Source: Actinomycetes bacterium (GTDB lineage: Bacteria; Armatimonadota; SYMT01). From it: a stretch of DNA of 64,000 bases. The stretch lies in contig JANPLG010000182.1 of assembly GCA_031426395.1 (NCBI GenBank), positions 6,984-70,983 of the forward strand, in the 5' to 3' direction. The notes beneath the pieces are model-generated. The model had not been told where the DNA came from, did no database searches, and worked only from the letters and a program-made list of their open reading frames with translations. A program made the translations under genes and the position numbers. Shown here in pieces: positions 49,757 to 58,289 of this stretch. How positions within the stretch are numbered: the stretch's first letter is position 1; the number at the start of each line of letters is the position of its first letter.

Positions 49757-50752
49757 TCAATGAGACCGCACCGCCAGAGCCCCGACCTTCCGCAGCACCA
49801 ATCGGGCAGTATCCACCGGTTCTCCAGAGGTCAAGCAAAAGCTGGGGAAGCGATCAGCGACACGAGCACACAGGTCAATCTGCTCGACGAAGCTGAGCTT
49901 GCCGCAGACCGTCGGCGAAAGCCTCCGAAGGGTTTCGCTTGCTGTCAGTGGCACCATGCTGGCTGCTTGCGCGAATCCCTGCATGAAGATGAAGACTGCC
50001 GATTTCGTTGGAAGTGGCCGGTCAGGAGAGTCAACCGCAGCAATGAGCTTCCGCTCTCCAGGACGGACCTGCACCCAGTTGTCTGGGGGAGCGTCCGCAC
50101 CAAGAAGCGCAACCCCTCCTTCACGGAGAAGTGGCGGTCGACAGATTGGCACCAGTTCAAGGCTGTCTCGCCTCAGGAAGAGGGAGTCGTCGCCAAAGTA
50201 AACAGCGCCTTCCCGATGCAAGGCCGATGCAAGTGTGGACTTCCCGGAGCGGCTCGGTCCCAAAAGAACGAGGGCCACATCGCCAACTGCCAAGGTGGCC
50301 GCGTGGAGAAGAACAACGGGAAGCAGGTCCAGAGTTAGGCTTGCCAGGCATCTGGCGAGATAGTTGCCCCACTGAAACTCGTCCGTGAAAACAAAAGTCT
50401 CCGCTTGCGTGTGGAAGATTGTCTCTACTGATTCACCGACTGCTGCTCCGGAATCAACCCACTGGACGGTGCCTGAGGAACTAGGGGGGCGTGGAGTCAC
50501 GCTGCTCCACATTGGATTGTCCATCAGGAGAGAGACCGACACACTCATACCGGCAACCATCAGGCGAAAAGAGCGATGCCCTTCTTCGTCACGGCCGATT
50601 TGGACTTCACACGACGGGCAATCCTGCTCCCCATCGTCGTCAATGCGCCATCCCTTTGGCATCGCGCGGCCGATGTACTGCTCGAAGTCACGGCTAGACT
50701 CAAAAACCAGGAGGACGTGGATGGGACCGAAAGCAATGCGGTGAGTGTGCAA
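49757..50752 (-). CDS. HprK-related P-loop kinase (HPr kinase C-terminal-domain-like); apparent TTG start
   Basis: LLHAATLAVGDVALVLLGPSRSGKSTLASALHREGAVYFGDDSLFL aligns with the HprK core (…G..vli.G.SG.GKS.lAl.L…G..lv.DD). Confidence 0.7.
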   Translation of the reverse strand: MHTHRIAFGPIHVLLVFESSRDFEQYIGRAMPKGWRIDDDGEQDCPSCEVQIGRDEEGHRSFRLMVAGMSVSVSLLMDNPMWSSVTPRPPSSSGTVQWVDSGAAVGESVETIFHTQAETFVFTDEFQWGNYLARCLASLTLDLLPVVLLHAATLAVGDVALVLLGPSRSGKSTLASALHREGAVYFGDDSLFLRRDSLELVPICRPPLLREGGVALLGADAPPDNWVQVRPGERKLIAAVDSPDRPLPTKSAVFIFMQGFAQAASMVPLTASETLRRLSPTVCGKLSFVEQIDLCARVADRFPSFCLTSGEPVDTARLVLRKVGALAVRSH

Positions 50753-50887
50753 AGCGGTGTGCCTGGAACGGACACGTTGGGGCGGGCCGCAGGGATCGGC
50801 GGTCTGCGAACACCCGAACGGAAGCGGCTTCGAACCACGGACTTGCTTTGCCCCGGGTCTAGGAAACCACGATTCGGCTTGAGCGCC

Positions 50888-50930
50888 AAAAAGCGGGGGA
50901 AGACTAGTTCGAGCCAGTCTCCCCCCGCCC
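50888..50930 (-). terminator. Hairpin + U-tract terminator/attenuator immediately after the small peptide ORF (minus strand)
   Basis: Minus-strand read: GCGGGGGGA-gactggctcgaactagtc-TCCCCCGC-TTTTTGG. It lies 11 nt after the peptide stop and about 135 nt before the kinase start. Confidence 0.6.
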
Positions 50931-50940
50931 TGTCAGCTAC

Positions 50941-51039
50941 CTAGGGCACCTGCCCTGTAGGAACGGCCACTGCCTCCACCGACGTGGTGAGCTCCGCTTC
51001 GGTGCTGGTGGTGACTTCAGGCTTCTCGTAAGTTCCCAT
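50941..51039 (-). CDS. Candidate precursor peptide (32 aa): MGTYEKPEVTTSTEAELTTSVEAVAVPTGQVP
   Basis: ATG preceded by AGAGAAAGG. Rich in Thr, Ser, Glu and Val. Positioned as the first gene of the kinase/peptidase/NTase cluster and followed by a terminator hairpin. Below the ORF-track size cut-off. Confidence 0.4.
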   Translation of the reverse strand: MGTYEKPEVTTSTEAELTTSVEAVAVPTGQVP

Positions 51040-51103
51040 GCTGCTTGCCTTTCTCTAATGGGGGCTGGCCCTTACCCATTATGCCGCCCGCTTGCTGCGT
51101 GTG

Positions 51104-51137
51104 CTACCAGGATCAGAATTCACCCTGATCCTGGTAG
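51104..51137. promoter_or_regulatory. Perfect 13-bp inverted repeat (CTACCAGGATCAG-aattcacc-CTGATCCTGGTAG) between the DUF11 gene stop and the peptide ORF; candidate operator, with a CATAAT -10-like hexamer downstream
   Basis: Direct read. The stem is perfectly palindromic, with no U-tract on either strand. Confidence 0.4.
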
Positions 51138-51147
51138 CGCGGATTCG

Positions 51148-53940
51148 CTAGAAGCCTTCGCCCTCGGGGTGGATTCGGAAGGTGTAGACATCCTGACAAG
51201 CATTGCGGTACTCGCCCACCGCGTTGTAGGCATAGGCCCCGCGGACCATCTGGAAGTCCGCCCTTACGCGCGCCATCCATCCGGCCGGGTAGGTGTTGGC
51301 GGCCGGCGCAGGATCACCGGTGCTGGCGATGTCCACGGGAGGAAGGACCGTGAAGGTGCCAACCTGCTGAGTGGCGCCGTTCTGGTTGAGCGAGATGTAG
51401 TTCAGCTTGTGGTTGAATGCTGTTCCAGGCCCGTCGAACGGCTGCAAGAACACCACCGAGGTGTCGAACGGCCTTCTGATGATGTTGTCACCGTCGTTGT
51501 AGCCCTGTTCCACCGCAACCTGATTGACGAACGTACAGGAGTTCCAGTTCACGTCCGAAACGAACGCAGAGGTGAGGTAGACCCAGATCTCGCGTCCGGG
51601 GCCAAAGGTCCCCAGCTCGGGTCGATAGGGGATCTGCCCTACGAACTTGAAGGTCTTGCCTGCGCTGCCGAACCGGAAGGCCGGGTTCGCCAGATCGGCG
51701 GCGGTCATGGTTGCGCCGCCTACGTTCAAGTTGGAGTAGGATGCGGCATCCGAGAAGTAGGCCTCGCCGCAGAGCATCTCGACAGCGCGGTAGGCCACCG
51801 GCAGCGGGGAGACGGGGATGTCACCCAGGTTCTGGTCCGGGCCAACCGTGAAGGCACCCGTGGTGGTGATGATCCGGTTGGCGGCGGTGATCCGCACCCG
51901 GTAGCTGCCTGCGCCCACGCCGGTGAATGAGAAGTTGCCCGTGACGAGGTCAGAGGTCACCGAGGCGACCACCAGGCCGGTGCCGGCATCCAGCAGCTCC
52001 ACCAGCTTGCCCTTGAGGGGACCGCCCGGAGCGTCGAACAGGCTCACCAGGGTGGGCTCGTTGTAGGCGCTCGGGGGTCCGCAGATGGGGCGGCCGGTGA
52101 TGGCGTAGGTGGGGACGTCCGCGCGAAGGAACAGGGTAGCGTCAACTTCGGCGGTGCAGCCGTAGCCCGCGATGCCGCTGATCAGTCCCAGGAAGTTGAA
52201 CGTCGTGCCGGCTGGCGTGGATGTCGGAACCGTGAACTGAGCGGAGAAGCTCTTAACCCCGGAGCCAACGGCAACATCACCGATCTGAAGGGTCTCGGAA
52301 CCAAGTCCGCCATCGCCCGCAAGCACCAGGATCACGCTGCGGAGGTCCGCATCGCCATTGTTCTGGTACGTGCCGTGGACGGTGAAGGTCTGGCCGGGCA
52401 GCAGGGTGCCGGTGATGGGGGTAAGGCGAAGATCGAGCGAAGGGCTGATCACCTGCAGGTTGCCGTTGCCAGAAGCGGCAACCGGTCCGCCAGACACAGC
52501 TTCCGTGCCGGAAACCGGCAGCGTCACGATGCCCGTGTTGTTCGGGCCATTCACCTTGACCGTCACCGAAACGTAAGCGTTGGGGGCCAGGGAAGTGGTG
52601 CTCAGTGCGCCGACCACGAAGCTTCCGGCACCCGTGGTGCTGGTAGGGGTCCCCGCCACCAGACCGTTCACCGTGGCTTCACCGGTGTTGGTGATGGTGA
52701 AGGTGAGGGTGGGAGAGCCGCCCGGCTTGGTGCAGACGTTGCTGCCCACAACGGCGAGGCCGGTGGTCAGCGAATCCGTGGTGGTGGTGGCCTGCGCGGT
52801 GATGTTTGCGCAGCCGCAGGCTTCCTTGGCCGTGCCGGTCAGGATGATGCTGCCATCCGAGCCGGTTCCGGTGTAGCTAACCACTACCTGGGCGGTCTCG
52901 TCGGGGGCGAGGGCGGTCTTGGTGGGAGCGCCGACCGTTGCCGTTCCGCCCGTAGCGCTGACCTGGAGCGCGAGGTTGGTGACCGCGACATCGCCACTGT
53001 TGGTGATGGTGTAGGTGACCTGCTTGGTGCCGCCCGTGGCAATGCTGATGGAGGCCGGGCCACTCACCAAAAGGCTCGGATGGGAAACCGTGGTGGTGAT
53101 CCCGCCGCTCACCGTCTTCACCGGGATGCTTCCGCCGAGCACCGCATCACCCCAGGTAGCGGTGACGCTGTTGACCTTGGTTGCCGATGCAGTGGTCACC
53201 GTGGTCGTGCGGGTGGCGGTGATGCAGGTGTTAGCCGCGATGGTGGCTGGCGTGGAGACGACACCGAAGGAGTCGGTGAGCACCACGTTGACCGCGCCGG
53301 TCTGGCCCGTGTTGCAGAGCTTGTAGGTATAGGTGATGGTCGAGCCGCTCACCACGCAGACGCGGTCCGCCATCACTTCCAGGGTGAGGCGTGCGGGGGC
53401 AGGAGTGGTGGTGCGGTCCGAGAAAAAGGTCTTGCCGCCGGGCCGAATCACGTGGAAGGTGAACTGCCACGCACTATCCGGGATGACTCGGTTGAAGGTC
53501 AGGGTGTGGAGCGTGGCCGGGAAGGATTCGCCCGGCTCCATGTTGGTATCGGGGATGCCGTTTGCGTTGTAATCCGGCCCGCCCTGGTAGTCCCACCATG
53601 AAGGATTGCCCGGCTTCGAGCTGCCGTTGGGGATGACGCTCATCGCGGTGGGCGAGACGCTTCCGCCGGTGGGGCCAACACCTACCAGCAGGCCCTTCAG
53701 GCCCGCAAGCGCGGGGGTGTTGCTGGGCACGGAGACCGCGAAGCCGTACTTGTACGTGCCGGCCGCTGAAGGAAGAAGGGTGGGGATGACGGTGGCGTAA
53801 CTGGACGCCGGCGGGTTGGTGATGTTGTTGCCGTACTGCGGGACCGCGTGCGCGGGCCTGGCGGCAAAAAGGGCGAAAGAGGAGACCGCCAGTGCCAGAT
53901 AGGCCGCTGGACGGGTTAACCGGGTCCACATTGCTGACAT
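51148..53940 (-). CDS. Large secreted protein with DUF11/CARDB-like conserved repeat domains (Thr/Gly-rich beta-sandwich repeats); start set at MSAMWTRL with an AAAGGA RBS
   Basis: Signal peptide (…AAYLALAVSSFALFAARPAHA). Repeated …VTYTITNSGDVAVTNLAL…, …TLTFTITNTGEATVNGL… motifs typical of DUF11. Confidence 0.7.
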   Translation of the reverse strand: MSAMWTRLTRPAAYLALAVSSFALFAARPAHAVPQYGNNITNPPASSYATVIPTLLPSAAGTYKYGFAVSVPSNTPALAGLKGLLVGVGPTGGSVSPTAMSVIPNGSSKPGNPSWWDYQGGPDYNANGIPDTNMEPGESFPATLHTLTFNRVIPDSAWQFTFHVIRPGGKTFFSDRTTTPAPARLTLEVMADRVCVVSGSTITYTYKLCNTGQTGAVNVVLTDSFGVVSTPATIAANTCITATRTTTVTTASATKVNSVTATWGDAVLGGSIPVKTVSGGITTTVSHPSLLVSGPASISIATGGTKQVTYTITNSGDVAVTNLALQVSATGGTATVGAPTKTALAPDETAQVVVSYTGTGSDGSIILTGTAKEACGCANITAQATTTTDSLTTGLAVVGSNVCTKPGGSPTLTFTITNTGEATVNGLVAGTPTSTTGAGSFVVGALSTTSLAPNAYVSVTVKVNGPNNTGIVTLPVSGTEAVSGGPVAASGNGNLQVISPSLDLRLTPITGTLLPGQTFTVHGTYQNNGDADLRSVILVLAGDGGLGSETLQIGDVAVGSGVKSFSAQFTVPTSTPAGTTFNFLGLISGIAGYGCTAEVDATLFLRADVPTYAITGRPICGPPSAYNEPTLVSLFDAPGGPLKGKLVELLDAGTGLVVASVTSDLVTGNFSFTGVGAGSYRVRITAANRIITTTGAFTVGPDQNLGDIPVSPLPVAYRAVEMLCGEAYFSDAASYSNLNVGGATMTAADLANPAFRFGSAGKTFKFVGQIPYRPELGTFGPGREIWVYLTSAFVSDVNWNSCTFVNQVAVEQGYNDGDNIIRRPFDTSVVFLQPFDGPGTAFNHKLNYISLNQNGATQQVGTFTVLPPVDIASTGDPAPAANTYPAGWMARVRADFQMVRGAYAYNAVGEYRNACQDVYTFRIHPEGEGF

Positions 53941-54622
53941 TCCTTTCCGCGGCTGGGGACCGCGGGTTTCTTGGTGCCGGGATTGGTTCCCAGTCGACCG
54001 GGCGTTTCGTGGGATGGAGCAGCGTTTGATCCGCCGGTAAGCGGGTGTCTGCTCGAGGCCACCTTCGATTTGCCGCTTGCCAAATCGGTGTGCACGCCAG
54101 GATGTCACGAAGCCCCCGTTTGGTCAACCTTCGATGGAGGTCGGGCTAGCTGCAGATCATCCTGTTGTCGGAGTTTGAACTGGGCGAAGGATGGATAAAG
54201 CTAAGCCCCCGCCGCAGTCCATTCTCGCCGACTTTCTTAGATAACGGTACGAAGCACCTAGCCAAGTACTATCGAGGGCAGGAGTGCCTCTGATGCCGCC
54301 CTCGCAGGGTCCGGGCCAACCGATCGGATTCCTGGCCACCCGGATACCTCTGGACATGGTGAAGGGCTCGCTTCCGGTTAGAAGGCGAAGCCTTGATTCA
54401 ATCGAGGAAGCGGGGGTGGTCAGAACTCTCGCCAGCCGCGAAGCTGGAACAGGCGGGGCATGGGGGATCAGACTTCATTCGCAATGGATGGGAGAGAACT
54501 AGATCAGCCACCCAGATTGCGGGGCAGGGAACTCCGACTTGCAACGTGAACGAACGTCCAAGAACCGGGTGGCTGACGGTTCCCGCTCTGACTCACGGCT
54601 CTCCACAGAGTGAGGTGACGGT

Positions 54623-56872
54623 ATGCGTAGACTCGTCCGGCTGGCCCTCGTCCTTCTTGGCCTCGCGGCGCCTTTGCTGGGCAGCAGCCAGCCCACCATC
54701 GCCGCCCGCGCCCGGCCGCGAATCTCGCCAAGGGCGGTGGAGACGCAGTGGGTGGTCCGCTTCCGCCCCACCCTCACGCAGAGCGCCCGCACCATGCTGC
54801 ACCAGCGGGCGCGGGCGCGGGTGCTTGGAGTGATTCCGCAGCTTGGCACGCAGACGGTCCAGCTCCCCTCCGCCGAAGCCGCCCGGATCTACGCTGCCAG
54901 CCCAGACGTGCTCTACGTCGAGCCGAATCGCCTCCGCAAGCTGCTCCTCGCCCCGCCCAACGATCCCGCCTACAACGAGCTGGACACCCTGACTCCCCTC
55001 GATCCGGACCAGGCCACCTGGTACGAATGGGACGCCCGGACCATCCAGCTCGCTGAGGCCTGGGAGCGCTTTCCGAACCGGTACTACACCGCCTCGGGCG
55101 GGAAGGGGTCGGACAAGGTGCGCATCGCTGTGGTCGATACGGGCATCGACTACACGCACCCTGACTTTGCCAACGCCGGGGGCAACTCGACTAACAGCGC
55201 GCAGGGCGGGCAGCTCGCCCGATCGCTCGACCGCACCCTCCTCAATGGAGCGGTAACGCCGGACGCGGTGGACGACTACGGCCATGGAACCCACGTCACC
55301 GGAATCGCGGCGGCGGCGACGAACAATGGGCGGGGAGTCACCGGCAACGGCTACAACGCGGAGGTGGTCTCGCTCAAGACCGTCGATGCCGCCGACAACG
55401 GCACCTCGGACGACATCGCGCGGGCGATTGTCTACGCCGCCGACAACGGCTGCCTCATCGTCAACCTCTCCCTGGGTCTGTACGAGTACTCCCAGGTGGA
55501 GCAGGACGCTGTGAACTACGCCTGGAACAAGGGCACCCTTTGCATCGCGGCCGCCGGTAACGATGGCGTGGACAACAAGCCGCTCTACCCCGCTGCGCTG
55601 GACAAGGTGCTGGCGGTCTCAGCCACCTCGGCGCAGGATGCCCTGACCACTTATTCCACCTACGGGGCGAACGTGGGCGTCGCCGCTCCCGGCGGGGATT
55701 TCGATTTCAACGCGATGTGGTTCGTCTGGATCTACAGCACGATGCCGACCTACTACGTCACGCTGAACGATCCCAGCGTCTTTGGCGCGGAGATGAACTA
55801 TTCCTACCTCCAGGGCACGTCGATGGCGTGCCCGCAGGTAGCAGGCGTTGCCGCCCTGTATGCCGGCAAGATGGGATACACGCAGGCGACACCCAATGTC
55901 TGCCTCAAGATCTGGCAGGCCCTGCAACGGGGCGCGGACGACATTGCGGGCACATCCAACGGCGGCTGGACCCCCTACTACGGCTTTGGCCGCCTGAACG
56001 CCTTCCAAGTTCTCACCCTGGACGAGAACCCGAACCCGCGCGAGGCAACGGTCGGCTGCATCACGGGCCAAGTGCGGTACCGCGGCACGCGCGTCCCAAA
56101 CGCGGTGATCACCGCCGTTCCCGAGGTCGGCGGCGCAGGCGGTGAGGGGAACTCGCGCGCGGATGGCGGGTATCGCATCGCCAACGTCCGAGCCGGAACC
56201 TACACGGTCTCGGCCAGCGTCTTCGGAGAGGAGCAGACGGTGGCGGGCGTCGAGGTGACGGCGGGCTGCGATGTTCCGGGCATCGTCTTCAACATCGGCG
56301 GAGGGGGCGGCGGCAATCCGCCTCCGGTGCCCGACGGCCTCGGCGCGGTAGGACGCTCCGCCTCGCGCATCGACGTGAGCTGGGATGACGTGACCGGCGA
56401 AACCGGCTACCGCCTGGAACGTCGCACCAGCACGGGCACCTGGAGCCTCGCCGCGAACCTCGCCGCCAACACCGCCCAGTTCACCGATACGGGCCTGGCC
56501 CGGATGACCGAGTACTGGTACCGCATCCGCGCCAACAACTCGCATGGTGCCTCCGCGGACTCCAGCGAGGTCAGCGCCTGGACCCTGGATATCCGCCCCA
56601 CTGCACCCAACCGCCTGAGGGCCGTCGCCACCTCCGGCACCCAGGTGAACCTCACCTGGCGGGACCGGAGCAGCAACGAGACGGGCTTCCGGATCGAGCG
56701 CAAGGGTCCGCGAGGGGGCTATGGCAGCCTGGCCACCACGGAGGCCAACGCCATCTCCTTCAGCGACACCACCACCCAACCGAAGAGCCGCTACACCTAC
56801 CGGCTCCGGGCGTACAACAGCGCGGGCAACTCAGCCCCCGTGGAGGCCACCGTCACCACCCGTGCCCGGTGA
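54623..56872 (+). CDS. Secreted subtilisin-like serine protease (S8) with C-terminal carboxypeptidase-regulatory-like and fibronectin-III-like domains
   Basis: Catalytic triad blocks VVDTGIDYTHPDF, HGTHVTGIAAA, GTSMACPQVAGVAALY. Signal peptide. GAGGTG RBS. Confidence 0.85.
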   Translation: MRRLVRLALVLLGLAAPLLGSSQPTIAARARPRISPRAVETQWVVRFRPTLTQSARTMLHQRARARVLGVIPQLGTQTVQLPSAEAARIYAASPDVLYVEPNRLRKLLLAPPNDPAYNELDTLTPLDPDQATWYEWDARTIQLAEAWERFPNRYYTASGGKGSDKVRIAVVDTGIDYTHPDFANAGGNSTNSAQGGQLARSLDRTLLNGAVTPDAVDDYGHGTHVTGIAAAATNNGRGVTGNGYNAEVVSLKTVDAADNGTSDDIARAIVYAADNGCLIVNLSLGLYEYSQVEQDAVNYAWNKGTLCIAAAGNDGVDNKPLYPAALDKVLAVSATSAQDALTTYSTYGANVGVAAPGGDFDFNAMWFVWIYSTMPTYYVTLNDPSVFGAEMNYSYLQGTSMACPQVAGVAALYAGKMGYTQATPNVCLKIWQALQRGADDIAGTSNGGWTPYYGFGRLNAFQVLTLDENPNPREATVGCITGQVRYRGTRVPNAVITAVPEVGGAGGEGNSRADGGYRIANVRAGTYTVSASVFGEEQTVAGVEVTAGCDVPGIVFNIGGGGGGNPPPVPDGLGAVGRSASRIDVSWDDVTGETGYRLERRTSTGTWSLAANLAANTAQFTDTGLARMTEYWYRIRANNSHGASADSSEVSAWTLDIRPTAPNRLRAVATSGTQVNLTWRDRSSNETGFRIERKGPRGGYGSLATTEANAISFSDTTTQPKSRYTYRLRAYNSAGNSAPVEATVTTRAR

Positions 56873-56912
56873 GAGCAGCACGTGGCACGGGCACATAGGC
56901 CGTGAAGCTCCG

Positions 56913-57212
56913 CTATTCGCTAAGCAACTCCACCCACGTCTCCGACTGGTGCAACCGGAGCGCCAGGGCTTCAAGGTCCGGCAGGGTGCGTCGCTCAAGG
57001 TCAGCCCTCACCGTGGCGTTCACCAGACCCAACCGCGGCTCTCCCATTAGCAGGATGAGCCGCCGCACCTCTTCGACGCGGCCCAGCGAGAGGCCCTCGG
57101 AGAGACCTACGGAAAGGCCTTTTGTGAGACCCTTCTCGAAGCCCACCGCTTCACCTTCCTCAAGGATGGCCTGGTAAGTGGTCGATTCCTTCATCTTACG
57201 AACCCTCTGCAA
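56913..57212 (-). pseudogene. Stand-alone duplicated copy of the 3' ~300 bp (DUF4351-like C-terminal domain) of the adjacent Rpn-family gene, with a 16-aa Gly/Leu/Ser repeat insertion
   Basis: MKESTTYQAILEEGE…RVEEVRRLILLMGEPRLG…LALRLHQSETWVELLSE matches MKESTTYRAILEEGE…RVEEVRRLILLMGEPRFG…LALRLHQSETWGELLSA of the upstream gene. Confidence 0.5.
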
Positions 57213-57242
57213 GAGGTTCCTGGCGAACTCCTTGCGGAAAGC

Positions 57243-58121
57243 CTAAGCGGAGAGGAGTTCGCCCCATGTCTCCGACTGATGCAGCCGGAGCGCCAGGAGT
57301 TCGAGTTCCTCCAGGGCGCGTCGCTCCAATTCGGCCCGAACCGTGGTGCCCGCCGGTCCGAACCGCGGCTCGCCCATAAGCAGGATCAGCCTTCGCACCT
57401 CTTCGACTCTGCCCTTCTCCAGGCCCCTGACTTCACCCTCCTCAAGGATGGCTCGGTAAGTAGTCGATTCCTTCATTGCGCGGACTCCCTTTAGCAGATT
57501 CCTGGCGAACCCTCTGGGGTAACGCAGCCCTAGAAGAATATACGTGGAAACCCAGAACTCGGCCGCATCGGAGGGCGTGAGTTGGTCGTTGACGCGCACT
57601 TCCATCGCGCGTACCACGGCGGGCAGCGCGCCGGAATGAACGGCGGCAAGCGGGGCTAGGGGAAGGGTGCCGATGCCGCCCTTGAGCAAGTCGTCCACGG
57701 CGGTTTGCCATAACCTGCGCACCGAATAGCGCCAGACGATGCTGGTAGGCAGGACCGGCGGCTGTCGGGTCCACTCGCCGGTCAGATGGGGACCATCGGC
57801 TTCCTTCCGGAGCAGGAGGACGACGCTGTGCACCGGAAGATCATGCCGCTCGTCCAGGAGGACGTTGTAGCGCAGCATCCTTCGCGGCAGGCCCTCGTCC
57901 CGGGAGGCCTGCAACTCCAGGTGGAGGAGCCAGGGCTGTGGCTCCTCCAGTCGTAGCACCTTGTCCGCCGCGCCTGAGACGGTCGCGATGTCCGCGTCCA
58001 CCATCCGGACCGGACCCGATGGCCGGACCCCAAGCTGGGCGAGCCAGTCCTCGGGGTGGGCTTCAATGAGGTGCTTGAGGGTCGCGTCGAAGAGCCTGGC
58101 CATGAGGATTGCTTCCTGCAC
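57243..58121 (-). CDS. Rpn-family recombination-promoting nuclease / putative transposase (PD-(D/E)xK, YhgA-like) with a C-terminal DUF4351-like domain
   Basis: 292 aa, family-typical N-terminus (…FDATLKHLIEAHPEDWL…) and conserved acidic residues of the nuclease core. Confidence 0.65.
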   Translation of the reverse strand: MQEAILMARLFDATLKHLIEAHPEDWLAQLGVRPSGPVRMVDADIATVSGAADKVLRLEEPQPWLLHLELQASRDEGLPRRMLRYNVLLDERHDLPVHSVVLLLRKEADGPHLTGEWTRQPPVLPTSIVWRYSVRRLWQTAVDDLLKGGIGTLPLAPLAAVHSGALPAVVRAMEVRVNDQLTPSDAAEFWVSTYILLGLRYPRGFARNLLKGVRAMKESTTYRAILEEGEVRGLEKGRVEEVRRLILLMGEPRFGPAGTTVRAELERRALEELELLALRLHQSETWGELLSA

Positions 58122-58289
58122 CTAATACGACAACGCAGGCACCCTGTTCCTGCTTAACGTCTTCAATTCAAGGAGGGATTGCTCGGTGTGTAAGCCTCAA
58201 CGCAGGACTGCTCCGCTGCTCCGGCACTTGGATTGTCGAGTATGACGTAACGTGAGGGTCAAGCTGTCTCCTTTGGAGCGAGCGGATGA

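Noticed and set aside
48089-51039. Lasso-peptide biosynthetic cluster (kinase plus nucleotidyltransferase are known lasso tailoring enzymes)
   Set aside because: No Asn-synthetase-like cyclase (C), no transglutaminase-like protease (B2), no PqqD-like RRE. The candidate core peptide has no plausible Gly/Cys1-Asp/Glu8-9 ring layout, so the system appears to be of a different, uncharacterised type.
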